Shown: piece by piece, positions 36,851 through 45,007 of the stretch
Layout: each line of letters starts with the position of its first letter
Position numbering within the stretch: the stretch's first letter is position 1
Assembly (NCBI GenBank): GCA_049523315.1
Contig: JBEKMZ010000003.1
Location: 14,510 to 78,509, forward strand
Direction of reading: 5' to 3'
Length of the DNA: 64,000 bases
Origin: Acidimicrobiales bacterium
GTDB taxonomy: Bacteria > Actinomycetota > Acidimicrobiia > Acidimicrobiales > Bog-793
Program-made: the position numbers and the translations under genes
Notes under the pieces: model-generated
What the model saw: only the letters and a program-made list of their open reading frames with translations
What the model was told of the DNA's origin: nothing
The model's database searches: none

Positions 36851-38150
36851 CCTGCGTGCCCCCGCCCATCGCCTCGTCGACGAGCTCTATGACATCGCAC
36901 ACCCTGAGCTCCTCGTGACCGGTCGCCTTTGCTGCATCGCTGAAACGCGAGACCTCATAAGGACAGCAGACCGCCAGCACATCGGCGCCGGTCTGAGCAG
37001 CCTCGCGGACCCTGCGCTCGGAGAGCCTCTCGGTCGTGTGGTCCCGCGTGAAACCGTCCAACCACATGCCGCCGCCCCCCCCTCCGCAGCAATAAGCGTT
37101 CTCCCGGCAGCGGCTCATCTCGACCAGCTCCAGACCCGGAATCGCCTCCAACAAGGCCCGGGGGGCGTCGTACTCGCCGTTCTGCCTGCCCAGGTAGCAG
37201 GGATCGTGGAACGTCACCTTCGCTCTCAGCTCCCTCGCCCATCGGATATGGCCGACGAGCGGAGCGAGGAGCTGTGTGTAATGCAGCGCGGCAAATTCGT
37301 GGCCGCGCCTAGGGTACTCGTTGACGAAGGCGTTAAAAGCGTGGGGATCGGGTGTCACGATCCGCTCGAACTGGTATTTCGACAGCACCGCCGCCACATC
37401 TTCGACCAACGCGTCGAACAAGCCCCTCTCCCCGGCGAGCCGTTGCGAGTCCCCGAGCGTCTTCTCCTCCGGACCGAGGATCGCCCAGTCGAGACCAAGG
37501 GCGGAGGCCACTCTGGCGAATGCTCGGGCGGCGTCCTGGCCACGGGGGTGGAAGCTCCAATAGTCCTCCACATAGAAAAGGACATCCACGGGCCCTGGCT
37601 GTTTGCCGAGGATCCTCACCGGGACGCCGGCGCTGTCTGCCCATTGTGCCCTACGTCGCTGGTTCTGGCCGAGCGCATTGCCGTGCCGGAAGGTCTTCTC
37701 CAAGACGTCTTGCAGTTCGCCGGGCACCTGCGTGCCGGCCAAGGCGGCCTCGCGCATGGCCGGCATGATCGAGATCATGTCGACCGCCTTGGGACAGACC
37801 CGCAGGCAGTTCCCGCAGGTGGTGCACAGCCAGAGGTCGGCGTCGGCCAACAGCTCGGTGCCGGTCTGGACCTTGCGGTGGATCTTGCGCGGGCCATAGT
37901 CCCCCACCATGTCGACCGGGCAGACCGCGTCGCACTTGCCACAGCCGAAGCACCACTCCAGGGACTCTCCGCCCGAGAGGGCTGAGATCGAGGCGAAACC
38001 GTCCGGGCCATAATCGGTGAGAACTCGAGGCTCGAACATCCGGTTCCACATCCCCGGCAGGTCCACCTCGCGTCCGGAAAGTGTCGATGCGACCGTCACC
38101 TGCTCTTTCTCCAGCGCCACGGGCGGGACCTTCCGGCCACTTACGGGCAC
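36843..38150 (-). CDS. Soluble HdrD-like protein (HdrC-type 2x[4Fe-4S] fused to HdrB-type CCG domains; sHdrB3-like)
   Basis: CFGCGKCDAVCP and CTTCGNCLRVCP, then HDPCYLGRQ and YCCGGGGGG. No TM segment. Its core is clearly paralogous to the C-terminal part of the membrane protein at 28192..30354. Confidence 0.8.
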   Translation of the reverse strand: MPVSGRKVPPVALEKEQVTVASTLSGREVDLPGMWNRMFEPRVLTDYGPDGFASISALSGGESLEWCFGCGKCDAVCPVDMVGDYGPRKIHRKVQTGTELLADADLWLCTTCGNCLRVCPKAVDMISIMPAMREAALAGTQVPGELQDVLEKTFRHGNALGQNQRRRAQWADSAGVPVRILGKQPGPVDVLFYVEDYWSFHPRGQDAARAFARVASALGLDWAILGPEEKTLGDSQRLAGERGLFDALVEDVAAVLSKYQFERIVTPDPHAFNAFVNEYPRRGHEFAALHYTQLLAPLVGHIRWARELRAKVTFHDPCYLGRQNGEYDAPRALLEAIPGLELVEMSRCRENAYCCGGGGGGMWLDGFTRDHTTERLSERRVREAAQTGADVLAVCCPYEVSRFSDAAKATGHEELRVCDVIELVDEAMGGGTQDG

Positions 38151-38153
38151 GGC

Positions 38154-38906
38154 CTAGGCCTCCGGCCCTTGAACGCCGAGCAGGCGGCGGACGATGTCGG
38201 GCAGCGACGGGATGACCCGGGTGAACTCGCGGGTCACACGCATCTGCAGGATCGTGTGCATGTACACCCCGTACACAACGGCCATGAGGACATCCATCCC
38301 GAACAAGCCAGCACCAGCGACGGAGAACCCGGCCGCCCTACAGGTCTCCTCGGCAAAGGCCGTCGCCCGACCGACGCTCATGTAGACCGCACCCCTCGTG
38401 GCTCCCGGGCTGCGCTCGAGTTCACAGTTGGTCAAAAGGCCTAGCGCCCCGGTTCCCGCGCCAGGGTCCCAGATCCACCTGGTCCATAACCAGTAACGCG
38501 CGGGCTGGGTGAAGTGCAGCAGCTCTGCTGGGAGATCGATCCCGGCGCCTGATAGCTCGCCTATTGAGCCGTCACCGCCGAGCGTGGCGTCGAAAAGGTC
38601 GATCCGCTCCGCCACCGGCGCGCCTGCATCGAGGAGCCGAGCGATCGCCCCTGCAAGTCGCTCGGGTCCGACAGCATCGACGATCCGGTCCGCGCGCCTT
38701 CGAGTTGCGAATACCCAACGCAGCACTTCGCGCAGCTCGGCGCGATCGAGCTGCGACGGGTCGTCTGACAAGAGCCCGCGAAGCGAAGCGGCCTTGCGCT
38801 GCAGGCCGGCAGTGATCACCAGCAGGTCGCTCTCGCCGATTCGGTCCATCGCCTCGCGTTGGAGATCCAGCGCGGTCGGGCTGGCGACAACGGGACCGGT
38901 GACCAC
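38154..38906 (-). CDS. Conserved hypothetical protein in the sHdrH position
   Basis: 250-aa soluble ORF between the hdrA-like and HdrD-like genes, which is where shdr clusters carry 'hyp/sHdrH'. I have no motif I can name, so the assignment is positional only. Confidence 0.5.
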   Translation of the reverse strand: MVTGPVVASPTALDLQREAMDRIGESDLLVITAGLQRKAASLRGLLSDDPSQLDRAELREVLRWVFATRRRADRIVDAVGPERLAGAIARLLDAGAPVAERIDLFDATLGGDGSIGELSGAGIDLPAELLHFTQPARYWLWTRWIWDPGAGTGALGLLTNCELERSPGATRGAVYMSVGRATAFAEETCRAAGFSVAGAGLFGMDVLMAVVYGVYMHTILQMRVTREFTRVIPSLPDIVRRLLGVQGPEA

Positions 38907-38918
38907 GAGATCGTCGCC

Positions 38919-40013
38919 TCAGCTCGTCGCCGCGACTGCGCGCGAGCGTAGGTAGCCGAGGGCCCTGACTGCGGCACCGGCCGCAGACGAGACGGTGTCC
39001 TCGAGATCGGCCGGGCCGAGCGCCGCCCCGCAGGCAAAGATCCCTTCGCGATCGGTGCTGACCGGGTCGAGCGGCGCGCCGACCGCTTCGATGAACCCAT
39101 ACCGGTTCTGTTTAACCCCGAGCAGTCCCGAGAGCTCGCGTGTCCCGGGAGACGGCTCCATACCGACCGACAGCACTACGAGGTCCATCAGAACCTCCAT
39201 CGGCCGCCCCATCGTGGTGTCCTCGCCCCGCACAAGCAAGCGATCACCTCGCGGCAGCACCTCGGTGATCAGGCCCTTCACGTACTGGACATGGTGCTGT
39301 TCTTGTGCCGGCCAGTAGATCTCGTTCTCCCAGTACCCGTACATGCGCATGTCGATGTAGAAGATGAGCACCTTCGACTCGGGCAGCAGCTCACGGATCT
39401 CGATGGCCTCTTTAGAGGCCACGCCGCAGCAGACCTTGGAGCAGTACTCGTTGCCGATCTGACGGTCACGACTGCCGACGCACTGGACGAAGCAAATCCG
39501 CTCCGGCATCTGGCCGTTGGAGGGACGTAGGACCCGGCCCTGCGAGAGCATCGCCTCGAGATCAGCCTGAGTGATGACGTCGGGGAACTCGTAGTAGCCG
39601 TACATCTGCGGCGAGCGCCCCGGGTCGAAGTGGCCGAACCCGGTGGCGATGATTATCGCTCCGCACTCAATTCGCTCCGCGCCTGGCACAGCTTCGCCGA
39701 CCCGGCCGTCGATCGACGACGAGCGCAAGCCCAGGGTGAACGCCCCCGGCTCCCGCGTCAGTTCTGCAAGCTCGGTGGCGACGCGGACCTCGATGAGCGG
39801 GCTGGAGGTGACCTCGTTGATCATCCGGAGGATCTGAGGCTGGGCGGGTTCACCGCGTGGCGTAAGTCCGCAGTAGTTCTCCGCGACCGGGGTCCCACCG
39901 AGGAACTCGCGTCGCTCTATCAGCACCACCCTTCCGCCCATCTCTGCGATGCAGTTCGCCGCACGCAGACCGCCTGGTCCCCCACCGATGACCACAACCG
40001 TGTCAGAGGACAT
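38919..40013 (-). CDS. HdrA-like FAD-dependent oxidoreductase (sHdrA)
   Basis: FAD fingerprint VVVIGGGPGGLRAA and the HdrA Cys motif CFVQCVGSRD...YCSKVCC. Confidence 0.85.
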   Translation of the reverse strand: MSSDTVVVIGGGPGGLRAANCIAEMGGRVVLIERREFLGGTPVAENYCGLTPRGEPAQPQILRMINEVTSSPLIEVRVATELAELTREPGAFTLGLRSSSIDGRVGEAVPGAERIECGAIIIATGFGHFDPGRSPQMYGYYEFPDVITQADLEAMLSQGRVLRPSNGQMPERICFVQCVGSRDRQIGNEYCSKVCCGVASKEAIEIRELLPESKVLIFYIDMRMYGYWENEIYWPAQEQHHVQYVKGLITEVLPRGDRLLVRGEDTTMGRPMEVLMDLVVLSVGMEPSPGTRELSGLLGVKQNRYGFIEAVGAPLDPVSTDREGIFACGAALGPADLEDTVSSAAGAAVRALGYLRSRAVAATS

Positions 40014-40021
40014 CTCTCACC

Positions 40022-41278
40022 TCAATCGTCGTGCTCGAACCTGGCATCGGATACCTGATGGGCGCTCTTGTCATGCTCACCATCCGCGTCGTCCCAGTCG
40101 AGATACTGCTTCTCGCCTGTCTCTAGCCGACGCAGGTCGCTCTGGAACTCCGCCCAGGCGCGTTCCCAATCGATGCCCATCTTCTCTAGCAGCGGCCGGT
40201 AGTCGGCCGAGTGCCAATGCAGTTGGCAAACGCGGTAAGGATGAGCGCCCATAGCCAAGGCGGCGAACTGCGCGTCACTGAGCACGGCGAGCCCGACGTT
40301 GCGCTCGTGCGCCTGCGCCGCGAACTGACTCTTGTCCAGGGTGGTCACGCACCCGGTGTCGTGAGTCAGCACGACGTCGGGGTTCGCCTCCTGTTTCATG
40401 ACCTCGATCTTGCGCAGCGTGGCAAAGGACCTCGTGAAGTCTCGCTGCACCAAGATGTGCCTGAAGCCGAAGCCGCAGCAATCGAACCAGGTCGAGTAAT
40501 CGCGCACCTCGGCACCAAGCGTCTCCGCCAGGGCAGTTACCACGGCGGTGCGTTGGCCCCCGTAGAAATCCTCGTCGTAGATCGCGTCGGCCGAGACGAT
40601 CTTGTAGTAGTGGCAGGCGGGATGGACTGTCACGACAATTCCCGACATGTCGCGGACCTGCTTTGCAGCGATCTCGTCACGCAGGGCGTGGAACCACTCC
40701 GAATAATGGACGATCTCCTCCGGCACCACGAGCGGCTTGCCGAGCTTGGCCATGATCTCGCGGACTTGAGCCCGTAGCTCCGGGTGCCGTATGAGCTGTT
40801 CCCGCACTTCTTTGTAGTGCCCGTACGACGTGCCGCAGTGGATGAGCGGGAAATAGCCCGTCTCGTAGGCCGCGGCGAAATTGCGCACGGCAACAGCAGC
40901 CTGGGCAGCAGTGTTGGAGGTGGCGCTCGCGTAGTAGTTCCAAGCCGTACAAGAGGTTTGGTCGTGCGGGTCGTGGTAGTCGTAGCCGAGCTTGCGCATC
41001 ACCCAAAAAATGGACGTGGAATAACCAGGGATGTGGCCACACTGACCGCAGGACTTGTGGTGCCACAGGTGTGCCTTTTGGATCCTCTTCACGCGCCCGT
41101 ATTTCGTCACCACCTCGATCGCTTCCTGATCGATCCTCTGCACTATCAGCTCGCCCTGACGCTCCAGCTCGAGCAGCTCGGTGCGCGGATCCTCGAGCGA
41201 CCGCCGGTCCGGAACCGTCTCGGCAGCTGGCTTGACGCGCCTACGGGCGTCGATCGGAGCCGCTATGGGAACTGTCAC
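40022..41278 (-). CDS. HdrB-like CCG-domain protein (sHdrB1)
   Basis: The GTG at 41278 overlaps the hdrC1 stop (GTGA). Cys-rich CCG-type segments: HHKSCGQCGH, TSCTAWNYY, FDCCGFGFRH, HDTGCVTT. The longer 484-aa ORF is an over-extension into hdrC1. Confidence 0.8.
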   Translation of the reverse strand: MTVPIAAPIDARRRVKPAAETVPDRRSLEDPRTELLELERQGELIVQRIDQEAIEVVTKYGRVKRIQKAHLWHHKSCGQCGHIPGYSTSIFWVMRKLGYDYHDPHDQTSCTAWNYYASATSNTAAQAAVAVRNFAAAYETGYFPLIHCGTSYGHYKEVREQLIRHPELRAQVREIMAKLGKPLVVPEEIVHYSEWFHALRDEIAAKQVRDMSGIVVTVHPACHYYKIVSADAIYDEDFYGGQRTAVVTALAETLGAEVRDYSTWFDCCGFGFRHILVQRDFTRSFATLRKIEVMKQEANPDVVLTHDTGCVTTLDKSQFAAQAHERNVGLAVLSDAQFAALAMGAHPYRVCQLHWHSADYRPLLEKMGIDWERAWAEFQSDLRRLETGEKQYLDWDDADGEHDKSAHQVSDARFEHDD

Positions 41279-42009
41279 AGCTCGATACCTTCTTCCTCGA
41301 GGCGCTCCTCCATCAGCTCTTGCAGGATCGAGTGCAAGCCGCTGTCGATTCCCGCGATCATCTCCAGGGCACCGGTTTCGAACCAGATGACGTAGAGCTC
41401 GAGCAGGGTCTTGTCTGCCACGGACCAGCCAGCCGATGTCGTGTGCATGGTCTCTGGAGGCAGCGCCCGGCGCCACAGGTCCAGGTTGTCCGCCACATCA
41501 CCCGTCTCGGGTCCCCAGTCCGGGAACGCCTCCGGTCGCAGCATGTCTGGCGAGACCTGCGTCCCGGTCGACATGATCTTGTAGATGATCCGCGAGTAAC
41601 CGACGAGCGCCGCCTTCGCCGAGGCGAGCCCGTTGTTCACGGCCACCTCCCGCATGATCGTGATGATCCCCCCGGGGTTATTGCCTCGCGGGCAGCGCAG
41701 ACACGAGAAGCACTGGGAGCACTCCCAGATGTCTTCCTGCATCTGCTGGTAGACGAGCTCCACGTCTTCACGTGCGGCAGCCTGCGCGACCCGGCGCGGG
41801 CTGAAGTCGTAGAACTTGGCCGACGGACAGGCGGCGACGCAAATGCCGCACTCATAACAGCCGTACAGGTAATCGGCGAAGCGGAGGTCGCCTTTCACCT
41901 GCTCGAACAGCTTCGCCTTGGTCTCGTACGGCACTTCGGTGTAGCCGGCGACTTCTGGGGCCTTGTAATAAGGGTCCGTCTTGGCCTGGGTGGCGGCTGT
42001 GACGGTCAT
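41275..42009 (-). CDS. HdrC-like 4Fe-4S dicluster protein (sHdrC1)
   Basis: CYECGICVAACP and CSQCFSCLRCPRGNNP ferredoxin motifs. Confidence 0.8.
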   Translation of the reverse strand: MTVTAATQAKTDPYYKAPEVAGYTEVPYETKAKLFEQVKGDLRFADYLYGCYECGICVAACPSAKFYDFSPRRVAQAAAREDVELVYQQMQEDIWECSQCFSCLRCPRGNNPGGIITIMREVAVNNGLASAKAALVGYSRIIYKIMSTGTQVSPDMLRPEAFPDWGPETGDVADNLDLWRRALPPETMHTTSAGWSVADKTLLELYVIWFETGALEMIAGIDSGLHSILQELMEERLEEEGIEL

Positions 42010-42017
42010 CGCGGTGC

Positions 42018-42401
42018 CTAAAAGCTGATCACGGCGTCAGCGGTGGCCGCGAGGTCGTTGAAGGCTGCGCCCCCGATCACCTCGACCCCATCGATCAGGT
42101 CGTTGAGGCGCAGATCGTTCAAGTCGAGTGAGGGCTGGCAGACCAAGAGCCGGACGCCGAGCCCGGTGGCCTGTTCGATGAAGTATCGCAAGGGCTGGCC
42201 CTGGTCGCCCTTCGGCCCGATCTTGTCGACAACGTCCTTTCGAAGCAGGGTAGGCCCGTACATCGTGAAATAGATCATGACCTCGAACTCCATCGCCGCC
42301 GCGGAGGCCGCGAGGAAAAATGGAGTCGCGCTCCGGCCCGGGTCGTCCGCTCCATGGGTCTGGACGTAAAGGATCTTTGTCTCAGAGTCTTCGGCCCACA
42401 T
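42018..42401 (-). CDS. DsrE family sulfurtransferase (DsrE3-like)
   Basis: 127 aa. DsrE fold pattern KILYVQTHG...EVMIYFTMYG...RLLVCQPSLD, with the active-site Cys in VCQ. Confidence 0.8.
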   Translation of the reverse strand: MWAEDSETKILYVQTHGADDPGRSATPFFLAASAAAMEFEVMIYFTMYGPTLLRKDVVDKIGPKGDQGQPLRYFIEQATGLGVRLLVCQPSLDLNDLRLNDLIDGVEVIGGAAFNDLAATADAVISF

Positions 42402-42410
42402 GAATGCTTC

Positions 42411-42659
42411 CTACTTCACTCGGCGGATGAGGACGTGGAAGACGTCCGCCTGCTTGGTGATGCCGAGAAGCTCATTGCCGGTGCGGCTGGCCCAGGCCCG
42501 CATGTCAGGCTCGACCCCCGCATCGGTGGCGAGTAGCTCGAGAACCTGCCCGGGGGCGAGATTCTTGATCGCCTGGGCGGTCTTCACGACCGGCAGCGGA
42601 CATGCCAACCCGACGCAGTCAAGCACCTGGTCTGCGGCTGGAGTCGCGGACTCGGGCAC
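42411..42659 (-). CDS. tusA: TusA-family sulfur carrier
   Basis: LDCVGLACPLPVVKT (the CPxP motif). The GTG at 42659 is preceded by AGGAGG 6-11 nt upstream. The longer ORF overlaps cysE and is not needed. Confidence 0.85.
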   Translation of the reverse strand: MPESATPAADQVLDCVGLACPLPVVKTAQAIKNLAPGQVLELLATDAGVEPDMRAWASRTGNELLGITKQADVFHVLIRRVK

Positions 42660-42678
42660 AACATCCTCCTTTTGAGTT

Positions 42679-43380
42679 TCAGATCGAGAAGTCTTCGCCG
42701 GACCAGACTCCGGCTTTGGACGGACGAACGTCATGACGATCCCGGTGGCCGTCGACCAGCATCTCCAGCTCGTCGACACGCGCCAGAAGCGACTGGAGGC
42801 TGGAGCCGAGGAGGTCGGGCATGAATGCCGACTCGAGATCGGGCCGGTCCGTGGCCCGATGAGGGCGGCTCCGGGCGATGATCTGACCGGGCACACCGAC
42901 TACGACCGAGTTCGCGGGAACAGACTTCACGACGACGGCATTGGCGCCGATGCGGCTGTCGTCACCGATTGTGATGGGCCCGAGGACCTTGGCCCCAGCG
43001 CCGATCGTCACACGGTTCCCCACCGTCGGGTGACGCTTCACCCGGTCGAGGCTCGTGCCGCCAAGGGTGACGCCCTGGTAGATGGTGACATCGTCACCCA
43101 CCTCAGCCGTCTCGCCGATGACCACACCACTAGCATGGTCGATGAACACACCCTGGCCGAGGATGGCTGCGGGGTGGATCTCGACCCCGGTCAGCCATCG
43201 TGCCAGCGCGGCAGCTGCACGCGCGACGAGCTTGAAGTCTTTCCGCCACAACGAATGACAGATTCTGTGGCTCCAGAGTGCGTGCACGCCCGAGTAGCAG
43301 ATCGCGATCTCGAGCGAGGAGCGCGCGGCGGGGTCACGGTCGCGCGCTGAGATCAGATCGCGCCGCAGGGTGGAGAGCAT
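42679..43380 (-). CDS. cysE: Serine O-acetyltransferase
   Basis: SATase N-terminal helices ([25 protein letters not shown]) and hexapeptide repeats ([32 protein letters not shown]). Confidence 0.92.
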   Translation of the reverse strand: MLSTLRRDLISARDRDPAARSSLEIAICYSGVHALWSHRICHSLWRKDFKLVARAAAALARWLTGVEIHPAAILGQGVFIDHASGVVIGETAEVGDDVTIYQGVTLGGTSLDRVKRHPTVGNRVTIGAGAKVLGPITIGDDSRIGANAVVVKSVPANSVVVGVPGQIIARSRPHRATDRPDLESAFMPDLLGSSLQSLLARVDELEMLVDGHRDRHDVRPSKAGVWSGEDFSI

Positions 43381-43382
43381 GC

Positions 43383-44321
43383 TCAGTCGGTGAGACCCTC
43401 GAACAGCGCCGTCGAGAGGTAGCGCTCACCGAAAGACGGGACGATCACGACGACCAGCTTGCCCGCGTTGTTTGGACGCGCGGCCACCTGCAGTGCCGCC
43501 CAGATCGCCGCGCCGGACGAGATGCCGACCAGCAGGCCCTCATCGCGCGCCGCATGCCGCGCGATGTCGAATGCATCCGCGTTCTCGACGGTAATGATCT
43601 CGTCGACGACGTCAGTGTCCAAGATCCCGGGAACGAAGCCTGCCCCGATGCCCTGTATCGGATGAGGCCCCTTCTGACCCCCTGAAAGGACCGGCGAGGA
43701 CGCAGGCTCGACGGCCACCATCCTTACCGCCGGCTTGCGGGCCTTTAGTACCTGACCGACACCGGTGATCGTCCCACCCGTGCCGACGCCGCAGACGACG
43801 ATGTCAACCTCGCCATCGGTGTCGCCCCATATCTCCTCCGCGGTCGTGGCGCGGTGGATCGCGGGGTTCGCCGGATTCTCGAACTGCTGTGGGACGAAGT
43901 ACCGCAGGTCGCTCTTGGCCAACTCCTCAGCCTTGGCGATCGCGCCGGGCATGCCCTCCGGCCCCGGCGTCAGGATCAGCTCCGCTCCGTAGGCGCGCAG
44001 CAATGCCCGGCGCTCCTTGCTCATCGTCTCGGGCATCGTGAAGACGCACCGGTAGCCGCGCGCAGCGCACACCATCGCCAGTGCGATCCCGGTGTTCCCG
44101 CTTGTCGGCTCGAGGATGATCGTTTCCGGCCCGATGAGACCCGCCTGCTCGGCTGCGTCGATCATCGCTACCCCGATGCGGTCCTTGACGCTGTGAGCCG
44201 GGTTGAAAAACTCCAGCTTGGCAACGACCTGCGCACCGCCGTCCCTGGGCAGGTGACGCAGCCGGACGAGGGGCGTGTTCCCTATGAGCTGGGTGATGTC
44301 GTCCGCGATCTTCATGGTCAC
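43383..44321 (-). CDS. cysK: Cysteine synthase A (O-acetylserine sulfhydrylase)
   Basis: PLVRL..., [11 protein letters not shown] (PLP Lys), [18 protein letters not shown]. Confidence 0.95.
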   Translation of the reverse strand: MTMKIADDITQLIGNTPLVRLRHLPRDGGAQVVAKLEFFNPAHSVKDRIGVAMIDAAEQAGLIGPETIILEPTSGNTGIALAMVCAARGYRCVFTMPETMSKERRALLRAYGAELILTPGPEGMPGAIAKAEELAKSDLRYFVPQQFENPANPAIHRATTAEEIWGDTDGEVDIVVCGVGTGGTITGVGQVLKARKPAVRMVAVEPASSPVLSGGQKGPHPIQGIGAGFVPGILDTDVVDEIITVENADAFDIARHAARDEGLLVGISSGAAIWAALQVAARPNNAGKLVVVIVPSFGERYLSTALFEGLTD

Positions 44322-44354
44322 CGGCCTTTCCCTTGTTTACCTCAGACGGAGCAA

Positions 44355-44400
44355 CCCGAACTTGAAAGTATTTCTATCGTAATCATGTATTGCATCTTAG
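44355..44400 (-). promoter_or_regulatory. AT-rich promoter/operator island upstream of cysK
   Basis: On the gene strand: ...ATGCAATACATGATTACGATAGAAATACTTTCAAGT..., 35-80 nt upstream of the cysK ATG. It contains GATTAC-N5-AAATAC. Confidence 0.3.
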
Positions 44401-45007
44401 CCCTAGGGCCAATCGGCCCTTTTCGGGAAGCGGAGCCCCGCGCGAGACGAGCTACCTCGCCTCGCGTACCCGTCACCTCGTCTCAGGTCCCGCCTTTCCA
44501 CGATCTCGCCCGAGCTTGAGCCACACCCGCGTCATCTAATCGCGTCTCACGTGAGCCCTGAAGGCTGTCGCGACTCGAGCTATCACCGGTTCGCCGTGTG
44601 GAGCTGGGGGGCCTCCCTCGGCCGCCCGTCTGGTTCTTTACGGCGGGAGGACATCCTCTCCGAGGGTACGGGCTGGCTCGGCCGTCAGGTTCCTAGCTTG
44701 CTAATCGAGCTGCAATCGAATAGCGGTGCCCGTGACAGCAACGACTCTGCGCGGTACCGCAAGACCCGGCCGCACTGCGCGGGCCTCCCTGAACCGGTGT
44801 CGACGCCGGTCACTGACTTGTCCTGCGCCCGCGTACCTTCATAGGGGTTCTATCGGACCTCGCCCGCATTGTTGCGAGGTCCTTTTAGCACCATCGCTGA
44901 CGTCAAGGCTCCAGGTGAAGTAGCTCAAGAACCGCAGGTGACCGGACGATATTACTTCTCGGTTCGCGACGACCGGGGCAGTTTGGCGACGACAGGAAAC
45001 TCCGCGC

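Noticed and set aside
44403-44421. GGGCC-AATC-GGCCC followed by TTTT as a plus-strand terminator or sRNA end, antisense to the cysK leader.
   Set aside because: The stem is only 5 bp and there is no evidence of a plus-strand transcript, so it could be chance.
44551-45000. Possible RNase P RNA, tmRNA, SRP or 6C RNA in the cysK/GGDEF spacer. One example is GAGGGAGGCCCCCCAGCTCCACACGG on the minus strand, which resembles the GAGGAAAGUCCGGGCUCCACAG core.
   Set aside because: Only one loosely similar stretch was found. The other universally conserved blocks are absent: GGUAAGGGUGAAA and ACAGAACCCGGCUUA for RNase P, the tRNA-like end and tag ORF for tmRNA, and a second C-rich loop for 6C.
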